DNA of 64,000 nt from Tagaea sp. (GTDB taxonomy: Bacteria > Pseudomonadota > Alphaproteobacteria > CACIAM-22H2), in contig CBDIIB010000005.1 of assembly GCA_965279525.1 (NCBI GenBank), positions 288,001 to 352,000 of the forward strand, read 5' to 3'. Below the pieces are notes generated by a model that saw only the letters and a program-made list of their open reading frames with translations, ran no database searches and was not told the DNA's origin. The stretch's first letter is position 1, and each line of letters begins with the position of its first letter. Of the stretch, positions 55,297 through 62,027 are shown one piece after another. The translations under genes were made by a program, and so were the position numbers.

Positions 55297-55510
55297 TGCG
55301 TTCGAGCATGTCGGGGCGATGCAAACGTCTTCATGCGCGCCACAGCCGTGCTCATGCGCGCGCCCGGCGGACGCCCTGCACGAACACGGCACGGGTGGGG
55401 AAAATGGCCATCCCATCAGATGCTTGCCCCGGCCGACAGCGTGCTATCGTGCGATGGCATGCCGATTGATAGGCTGGCACCGCAAACGAATGGAAAGGAC
55501 GACGGATCGA

Positions 55511-55927
55511 ATGGAAAAGCTGCGCATCACCGCCGGACCGTTCGTCTTCGCCGGCCGCTTCGAGACGCAAGCGGCACCGAAGACCTGTGCCGTCTTCCGC
55601 AAGCTGCTGCCCTACCGGGAGCGCATCATCCATGTGCGCTGGAGCGGCGAAGGCTGCTGGGTGCCGCTGGGCGAGCTCGATCTGGGTCTCGGATACGAGA
55701 ACCACACGAGCCATCCGGCACCCGGCCAGATCATCGTCTATCCCGGCGGCATCAGCGAGACCGAGATCCTGCTTGCTTACGGTGCCGTGAGCTTCGCCAG
55801 CAAAGTCGGCCAGCTTGCCGGCAACCACTTCATCACGCTGACCGAAGGCCTCGAGAATCTCCCCGCACTCGGCAAGATGGTGCTGTGGAAGGGCGCGCAG
55901 GACATCGTCTTCGAACTCGTCCCGTAG
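55511..55927 (+). CDS. DUF3830 (cyclophilin-like) protein
   Basis: APKTC, IHVRWSGE, ENHTSHP, SETEIL, LAGNHF. Confidence 0.8.
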   Translation: MEKLRITAGPFVFAGRFETQAAPKTCAVFRKLLPYRERIIHVRWSGEGCWVPLGELDLGLGYENHTSHPAPGQIIVYPGGISETEILLAYGAVSFASKVGQLAGNHFITLTEGLENLPALGKMVLWKGAQDIVFELVP

Positions 55928-55931
55928 GCAT

Positions 55932-56543
55932 ATGATTGACCGCCATCTGCTGCCGCTCCAGCGCCGCGTGTTGGCGCCTGCCGCCCGATGGCTTGCCGCC
56001 GTCGGCGTGTCGGCCAACACGGTCACCTTCGCCGGCTTCGCGATCGGCATGGCGGCGGTCCCGCTGATCTCGTCGGGCCAGTTCGGTGCCGGCCTTGCCG
56101 CAATCCTCGCGAACAGGCTTCTCGACGGTCTCGATGGTGCCATCGCGCGTATCGAGGGTGCGACCGACCGCGGCGCCTTCCTCGATATCGCACTCGACTT
56201 CTTCTTTTACGCGAGCGTCCCGCTCGCTTTCGCGCTTGCCGATCCGCCAGCCAACGCGCTTGCGGCGACCGCCCTGGTCGTCGCGTTCGTCGGCACGGGC
56301 AGCAGCTTCCTTGCTTTCGCGGCGATCGCGGCCAAGCGGGGAATCGAGGCGTCCGAATTTCCGGACAAGGGGATCCATTATCTCGGCGGTCTTACCGAAG
56401 GTGCCGAGACGATCGCCTTCTTTGCCGCGTCCTGCCTGTGGCCAGCCCTGTTCCCGACGTTCGCGTGGATCTTCGCGGCCGCCTGCCTGATGACGACCGT
56501 CGTGCGCTGGCATGCGGGCTGGCGCGCGTTTGCCGACAGGTAG
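55932..56543 (+). CDS. CDP-alcohol phosphatidyltransferase family protein (YnjF-like)
   Basis: DGLDGAIAR...GAFLD motif, GLTEGAET. Confidence 0.85.
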   Translation: MIDRHLLPLQRRVLAPAARWLAAVGVSANTVTFAGFAIGMAAVPLISSGQFGAGLAAILANRLLDGLDGAIARIEGATDRGAFLDIALDFFFYASVPLAFALADPPANALAATALVVAFVGTGSSFLAFAAIAAKRGIEASEFPDKGIHYLGGLTEGAETIAFFAASCLWPALFPTFAWIFAAACLMTTVVRWHAGWRAFADR

Positions 56544-56552
56544 CCTGCCGGA

Positions 56553-57611
56553 CTACCGGCAAGCCGGATAGACCTGCTCGCGGCGTGTTCCGCGACGGAA
56601 CTGGTCAAACAGCAGCTCCGTCGCATGGCGCGTCTGCGCGCGATACTGGCCGAACTTGAAATACTGGCGTTCGCCCGCCCGCGCGCGGTGGCCGATGTTG
56701 CCTTCGACCGCGACGACGTCGCTGCCGTTCGCCCAGACCTGCACGAGCCCGGTGCCGTCGCGCCCGGCGCGGACGCGCAGCGTCATATCCACCCAGTCGC
56801 GCCGCGGATCAGGCAGGACCGGCGTCGAGCCGGGCACGATCCGCAGCCTGGTTCCGTCCGCCGCAGCCGGATTGTCGATCACGTAGCTGAATTCGACGAA
56901 ACGGTCAGCGGATGTTTCGCCTGCAAGCCGCCGGAACAGGTCCGATCGCGCCTCGAGCTGCCGGCTGATCTGCGCGAATGTCAGCCGCAGCATCCGTCCG
57001 GCCAGGACGATCTGGCGCGCAATGTCGATCTCGACTGGCGAAAGTCCGCCGAGCTCCGCACGGTAGGTCTTGATCTGGTCGATCGTGTGCTGGGCCGAGG
57101 CGACGGTGAAACGCTCCTTGTCGTCCTGGACGGTGATGTGGAACACGCCATCGTCGAAGCGCAGTGCCAGGAACGGGCTTTCGTCGGACTGTTCCTTGAA
57201 CTGCGCGAGGATCCAGCGCGTGCTCAGCCCGTCTTCGGGATACTCGCCGCGGACCCGGAAGCTGAAGCCGTACCAGGCCTCGTCGCCGAACCGCAGCCAG
57301 TGCCCCGGACGCTCGCGGAATTCGGCGCGCTGGCAGAGTTCGCCGCCGCCACAGTTCGACCCGCCGGTCGTCCCGTCGATCCGGATCGCGACGGCGCTGT
57401 CGTTGCCGCAGCGGCCGGGTGACACGAAAGCGTACGCGTCGCGGCGGATATCCTTGAGGTCCCACAGGTCGGACCGGATTTCCGGCCGGTCGAACCCGTC
57501 GGAAAGCGTCGTGTCGGCAAAGGCCGGCAGCACGAAAACCGCCAGGACAGCGGCACGGACCGACGCGCGGATAAGGGCCGCCCGCAGGTTCGCGCATCGC
57601 GTTGGAAGCAT
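56553..57611 (-). CDS. polysaccharide lyase/heparinase I-like secreted protein
   Basis: Signal-like N-terminus, QRAEF, WYGFSF, YFKFGQYR; exact start uncertain. Confidence 0.65.
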   Translation of the reverse strand: MLPTRCANLRAALIRASVRAAVLAVFVLPAFADTTLSDGFDRPEIRSDLWDLKDIRRDAYAFVSPGRCGNDSAVAIRIDGTTGGSNCGGGELCQRAEFRERPGHWLRFGDEAWYGFSFRVRGEYPEDGLSTRWILAQFKEQSDESPFLALRFDDGVFHITVQDDKERFTVASAQHTIDQIKTYRAELGGLSPVEIDIARQIVLAGRMLRLTFAQISRQLEARSDLFRRLAGETSADRFVEFSYVIDNPAAADGTRLRIVPGSTPVLPDPRRDWVDMTLRVRAGRDGTGLVQVWANGSDVVAVEGNIGHRARAGERQYFKFGQYRAQTRHATELLFDQFRRGTRREQVYPACR

Positions 57612-57632
57612 TGCCGGAAGCCTGGGTTCGGA

Positions 57633-57707
57633 TGGTGGGCGCTACAGGGATTGAACCTGTGACCCCTACCATGTCAAGGTAGTGCTCTCCCGCTGAGCTA
57701 AGCGCCC
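57633..57707 (-). tRNA. tRNA-Val (GAC)
   Basis: Reverse complement GGGCGCTTAGCTCAGCGGGAGAGCACTACCTTGACATGGTAGGGGTCACAGGTTCAATCCCTGTAGCGCCCACCA folds as a cloverleaf with encoded CCA. Confidence 0.97.
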
Positions 57708-57782
57708 ATCCGAACCCGGGAAGGCGCGGAATATACCGATCCGCCCCCGTTTGGCAAGCCCACGAAGCAGATATTTCCCAGA

Positions 57783-58676
57783 ATGACCGCCTTGCTTGCC
57801 GTCCGTCCCGCGCCGAGCCTGCCCTACAGGATCGTCGAGCCGACCGTCCCGCGCGTTCCGCTGATCTTTTCCTCGCCCCATTCCGGCTCGGACTATCCGG
57901 CCGAATTCGTCGCCGGCGCGCGGCTTGATCCGCTCTCGCTGCGCCGGTCCGAGGACGCGTTCGTCGACGAACTGTTCGATGCCACCCCCGCCCACGGCGC
58001 ACCGCTGATAAAAGCGCTCTTTCCCCGCGCCTATGTCGACGTCAACCGGGAGGCCTGGGAACTGGACCCCGCGATGTTCGACGGGCCGCTGCCGGCTTAC
58101 GTCAACATCGCGTCGCCGCGCGTGGGTGCCGGGCTCGGGACCGTGGCGCGCGTCGTCTCCAACGGTGCCGAAATCTACCGCGACAAGCTTTCGTTCGACG
58201 CGACGCGCGTGCGCATCGAATTGCACTACATGCCCTATCACGCCGCACTTGAAGGGCTGGTCGCCGACAGCGTGGAACGCCAGGGGCGCGCCCTGCTCGT
58301 CGACTGCCATTCGATGCCCTCGGTCGGCGGTCCGATGGATCGCGATCCCGGCCGCCGGCGCCTGGATTTCGTGCTCGGCGACTGCTTCGGCGCCGCCTGC
58401 GCGCCGGTGGTGACAGAAACGGCAGAGGCGGTGCTGAAGCGAATGGGATATGCCGTCGGGCGCAACGATCCCTACGCCGGCGGGTTCATCACGCGTCACT
58501 ACGGCGTTCCCCGCCGCGGCCGGCATGCACTCCAGATCGAGATCAACCGCCAGCTCTACATGGACGAGACGGCCATCGCGCGCGCGGCGGGCTTCCAGTC
58601 GCTGCGCGCCGACCTCGTCAAGCTCGTCGCCGCACTTGCCAAACTCGCCCCTTCCCTTCCCGGTGTCCACGCATGA
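57783..58676 (+). CDS. N-formylglutamate amidohydrolase
   Basis: SSPHSG, RAYVDVNR, PYHAAL, DCHSMPS, PYAGG, QIEINR. Confidence 0.9.
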   Translation: MTALLAVRPAPSLPYRIVEPTVPRVPLIFSSPHSGSDYPAEFVAGARLDPLSLRRSEDAFVDELFDATPAHGAPLIKALFPRAYVDVNREAWELDPAMFDGPLPAYVNIASPRVGAGLGTVARVVSNGAEIYRDKLSFDATRVRIELHYMPYHAALEGLVADSVERQGRALLVDCHSMPSVGGPMDRDPGRRRLDFVLGDCFGAACAPVVTETAEAVLKRMGYAVGRNDPYAGGFITRHYGVPRRGRHALQIEINRQLYMDETAIARAAGFQSLRADLVKLVAALAKLAPSLPGVHA

Positions 58677-59221
58677 GTTCTTCCGTCAATGTCCTGGTTC
58701 CGCGCGACAGCGTCGAGGCCGACATCCCCGCCATCCAGGCGATCTACGCCCATCACGTGGCCAATGGCTTCGGAAGCTTCGAGGAAATCCCGCCGGATGC
58801 AGCCGAACTTGCCCAGCGCCGCCGCGCGATCCTCGACAAGGGCCTGCCCTACATCGCGGTCGACATCGACGGGAAACTTGCCGGTTACGCCTATGCCGGC
58901 CCCTTCCGGCCGCGGTCGGCCTATCGCTTCTCGGTCGAAGACTCGATCTATGTCGCACCCGGCCTCGCCGGTCGCGGCCTCGGTCGGGCACTGCTTTCGG
59001 CGCTGATCGAGCGCACGACCGCCTGGGGGGCGCGGCAGATGATCGCCGTGATCGGCGATAGCGCCAATGCCGGTTCGATCGGCTTGCATGCCAGCCTCGG
59101 TTTCCGCATGGTTGGGACGTTCCGTTCGATCGGGTTCAAGCACGCGCGCTGGGTCGACAGCGTGATGATGCAGCTGGCCCTGGGCGACGGCGACACGAAC
59201 GATCCGCCGGGGGGCCGATGA
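58673..59221 (+). CDS. GNAT N-acetyltransferase (phosphinothricin acetyltransferase-like)
   Basis: GYAYA, RSAY, EDSIYV, GRGLG, HASLGF, GFKHARWVD. Confidence 0.88.
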   Translation: MSSSVNVLVPRDSVEADIPAIQAIYAHHVANGFGSFEEIPPDAAELAQRRRAILDKGLPYIAVDIDGKLAGYAYAGPFRPRSAYRFSVEDSIYVAPGLAGRGLGRALLSALIERTTAWGARQMIAVIGDSANAGSIGLHASLGFRMVGTFRSIGFKHARWVDSVMMQLALGDGDTNDPPGGR

Positions 59222-59883
59222 GCCAGACAGGAACAGCACGCCTCGAAGAGGCGCTGAATCTCCACAAGGCGGGCAAGCTCGCGGCGGCCGAAGCGGTCTA
59301 TGCCGCGATCCTTGCCGACAATCCGGACGATCTCGACGCGCTCAATCTCGGCGGACTTGCCCTGCATGCGCTCGGCAAGCGCGAACAGGCGGCCCAGCGC
59401 TTCGCGCGCGCCATCGCGATCTTCCCCGACTTCGCCGACGCGCATGCCAACCTCGGCGCCGTCCAGCGGACCGAGAACCGCCTCGACGACGCCGCCGTCA
59501 GCTTCGCGCGCGCCATCGAGATCGATCCCGCACACGGGTTCGCGGCGAACAATCTGGGCCTCGTGCGGCTGGCGCAGGGATCGTTTTTCGAGGCGATCGG
59601 GCGGTTTGCCCAGGCGCGCGCCCTGATGCCGGGGCAGCCCGAGATCGTGATCAATCTTTCGATCGCGTACATGTCGATGGGCGATTTCGTGACCGCACTC
59701 AAGGAACTCGACGTGCTCGTCGAGGCGGCCCCGAAGGACAAGCGGGCCCATTTCGGGCGCGGTGCCGCCCTGCTGGCGCTCGGCCAGAAGGCCGACGCGG
59801 TCGCGGCCCTGGAAAAGGCGCTGGCGCTCGATCCCGACTATGCCGACGCGCGCGCCAAGCTCGACGAGGCGAAGCGCGCCTAG
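59218..59883 (+). CDS. tetratricopeptide repeat protein
   Basis: Repeated A..NLG....A...F.RAI.IDP units. Confidence 0.85.
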   Translation: MSQTGTARLEEALNLHKAGKLAAAEAVYAAILADNPDDLDALNLGGLALHALGKREQAAQRFARAIAIFPDFADAHANLGAVQRTENRLDDAAVSFARAIEIDPAHGFAANNLGLVRLAQGSFFEAIGRFAQARALMPGQPEIVINLSIAYMSMGDFVTALKELDVLVEAAPKDKRAHFGRGAALLALGQKADAVAALEKALALDPDYADARAKLDEAKRA

Positions 59884-59912
59884 CACTGCGATTTTCCGTC
59901 GAGGAGTTGCGG

Positions 59913-60416
59913 ATGTTTGCGCTGAAAAAGGCATCACCGGTTCCGCTCGACGCGATCCCGAGCGAGACGCTCAACGAACTGCTCGGCTTCTGGCGGCGCA
60001 AGTGCGGCAACGACCCGCTTCCGCGGCTCGGAAACATCAACCCGACCGAGGTCCAGAAGCTCCTGCCCCGGATGCATCTCCTGGCAGTCGAAGGGCCGGG
60101 AGTTTTCCGATACAGCATCTATGGATCCGGCGTCACGAATCCGGACCGGCTCGACATGACTGGCCGGACGACGCTCGACTACATCGACAAGGAATTTTCC
60201 CGGCTCGTCACGGCGCATATCGACGAGGCCGTACGGCTCGCGATGCCGAGCTGCTACCACATCGAGGCGGAGACCGACGCAAAGCCGTACGTCTATATCC
60301 GTCTCAGCCTGCCGATCGGCCAAGCCGGCAAGGTCAGTCACGTCCTCGTCGGAACCCAACGCATCGAGGTTGATCCTTCGGTGGACCGCAATGTGGACGG
60401 TACGCGGCTGGCATGA
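59913..60416 (+). CDS. stand-alone PAS (PAS_5-like) domain protein
   Basis: W..K.G...LP....I.P....LLP...L, FRY...GS, DMTG, RLSLP pattern. Confidence 0.7.
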   Translation: MFALKKASPVPLDAIPSETLNELLGFWRRKCGNDPLPRLGNINPTEVQKLLPRMHLLAVEGPGVFRYSIYGSGVTNPDRLDMTGRTTLDYIDKEFSRLVTAHIDEAVRLAMPSCYHIEAETDAKPYVYIRLSLPIGQAGKVSHVLVGTQRIEVDPSVDRNVDGTRLA

Positions 60417-60470
60417 CCGACGCGGCGGATTTGGATCCGGCGAACGATGGCCGGACGCCGGCATCCGGAC

Positions 60471-60540
60471 AAAAAGAAAGGGCCGCGCCCGAAGGCACGG
60501 CCCAAGTTTAGGGAGGAAACGCCCACGAAACGGCCCGGAG
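60471..60540 (-). ncRNA. suhB/MmgR (alpha-r8)-like small RNA
   Basis: Reverse strand GGGCGTTTCCTCCCTAAACTTGGGCCG core, then a GC hairpin and U-tract; near N-formylglutamate amidohydrolase. 5' end approximate. Confidence 0.7.
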
Positions 60541-60552
60541 GCCATTTCGAGC

Positions 60553-60572
60553 TGCGACAAATCAATGTCGCA
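60553..60572. promoter_or_regulatory. palindromic operator upstream of the sRNA
   Basis: TGCGACA-N6-TGTCGCA perfect inverted repeat. Confidence 0.55.
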
Positions 60573-61053
60573 TTTTCCCAATAACTTGAGGTGCCTACGC
60601 TGGAATGGACGGAGACTAGTAGCAATGGCTACTGGCATCAAGCCTCTCAGTTCCGTGCGCCCGGTGTGACATGGGTGTGACAGGTCGCGACTAATAGTTC
60701 GGAAGGTTGCCAGAGAGGGGGGTGGACTAGGGCCATGCCGGGGGTGGGGGTAGTGCATATACGCGCTCGTGTGAAAATTCCTGACAGGAGTTGGCAACCA
60801 CCTCGACCAATCCGGATCGACCGATTGGATCCCACGAACAAAGAGCTAGCTCAGGAAATCTGGACAGCGGGATCTGCAGCATATCTGCCTGACGGTAGCC
60901 AATCTCCGCTATTGCAGGCACTCGACGCTCGGCTATGAGAGCCTGATAGCCTTCGAGGCGAAGATGCGGGTAGCTTAACTACGTGTCCACGGAACTCGGG
61001 GCATGCCAGATTATTATTGATTTGCATCGACGCCTTGACGTTAGTTTGTAGTT

Positions 61054-61584
61054 ATGACGTCAATCCGCACGATAGCTCTAGTCATTTTCGGGCTGTTTAT
61101 TGGCGCCGCAAGTCCTTCTGGGCTCGCGTCCGAACCCTTGCCTAAGGGTTTCTTTGAGCTTCGAAATCTGGAGTTTTCTACATCGTTTCAGGATGAAACC
61201 GGGCGACCGGTATCTTTAGAAAGTTTTCGAGGAAGAGTTGTGGTTCTGAATTTATGGGCAACATGGTGCGCGCCCTGTATCAAAGAGATGCCATCTCTAG
61301 ATCGGCTCTCGAAAGTACTCCCTGCCGATAAATTCGCGGTCGTAGCAGTGAGTCAAGACAATGCCGGTGTCCTCGTAGCGAAGCCTTTTTTGGCTAAACT
61401 TGGCGTGATGATGGTCAATTCCTATTTTGATCCAAGGGGCCGTGTATCACGGGACCTCAGCGCAAGAGGGCTTCCCACAACCGTCATTGTTAGCAGCAAG
61501 GGGACGTTAATTTCGCGCCTCGAAGGCGCGATTGAATGGGACGCGCAAGAGGTGGTTTCGTACCTTAAGTCGCTTACTCATTAG
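61054..61584 (+). CDS. TlpA/ResA-family thiol:disulfide oxidoreductase
   Basis: N-terminal signal/anchor, VLNLWATWCAPCIKEMP, GLPTT cis-Pro loop. Confidence 0.9.
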   Translation: MTSIRTIALVIFGLFIGAASPSGLASEPLPKGFFELRNLEFSTSFQDETGRPVSLESFRGRVVVLNLWATWCAPCIKEMPSLDRLSKVLPADKFAVVAVSQDNAGVLVAKPFLAKLGVMMVNSYFDPRGRVSRDLSARGLPTTVIVSSKGTLISRLEGAIEWDAQEVVSYLKSLTH

Positions 61585-61647
61585 CCTTGCCCTCCTCTGT
61601 TGTTTCCCTTAAAGTTTTTTTAAGTTAATTTTGTGTGGGGGAACGCC

Positions 61648-61995
61648 ATGAAACTATTGGTTGGTTTTGTCTTTGCGGTATTCGCACTTTTTGCGGTCGC
61701 AAACCCTCCTGCCAATGCATCTGACGGATGCGTTGTGATAAAGTCTTCGCAATTGATGGCAGCCGAAATCAATGAATTGGGCTCGCCAGACGCAAAGTTC
61801 GCCATCGCCTCTTTGGAATCTTTCGCCAATGGAGCTGTTGAGAAGATTGCCAAAGAATCATCGGTCGGCAATCAAGGAAGCACCATTCAACTCGCTCAAA
61901 GCCGTAGCACCGGCTGCTCTTCCGGTTGCTCCAACGGGTGCTCCACCGGTTGCTCTGTCGGTTGTTCCGTTGGCTGTTCAGTAGGTTGTCGATAG
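61648..61995 (+). CDS. secreted Cys-rich CXXX-repeat protein (putative RiPP-like precursor)
   Basis: Signal peptide ending ANA; C-terminus STGCSSGCSNGCSTGCSVGCSVGCSVGCR; synonymous codon variation across the repeats indicates coding. Confidence 0.8.
   Translation: MKLLVGFVFAVFALFAVANPPANASDGCVVIKSSQLMAAEINELGSPDAKFAIASLESFANGAVEKIAKESSVGNQGSTIQLAQSRSTGCSSGCSNGCSTGCSVGCSVGCSVGCR
61912..61992 (+). repeat. 12-nt period tandem repeat encoding (GCSx)6-GCR
   Basis: ggctgctcttcc ggttgctccaac gggtgctccacc ggttgctctgtc ggttgttccgtt ggctgttcagta ggttgtcga. Confidence 0.9.
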
Positions 61996-62027
61996 TTGAT
62001 CCAGTGTCGTTAGTTTCTCAGTAGCTA

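Noticed and set aside
55475-55490. TGGCACCGCAAACGAA as a sigma-54 promoter for DUF3830
   Set aside because: The -24 element is good but the -12 GC is replaced by GA; not supportable without TSS data.
57633-57707. tRNA-Val as the integration site of the catabolic block
   Set aside because: I found no duplicated tRNA 3' end and no integrase in the window; the block has host-like composition.
61912-61992. Cys-repeat DNA as a CRISPR array or microsatellite
   Set aside because: The period is 12 nt with no spacers and variation is mostly at synonymous positions; there are no cas genes.
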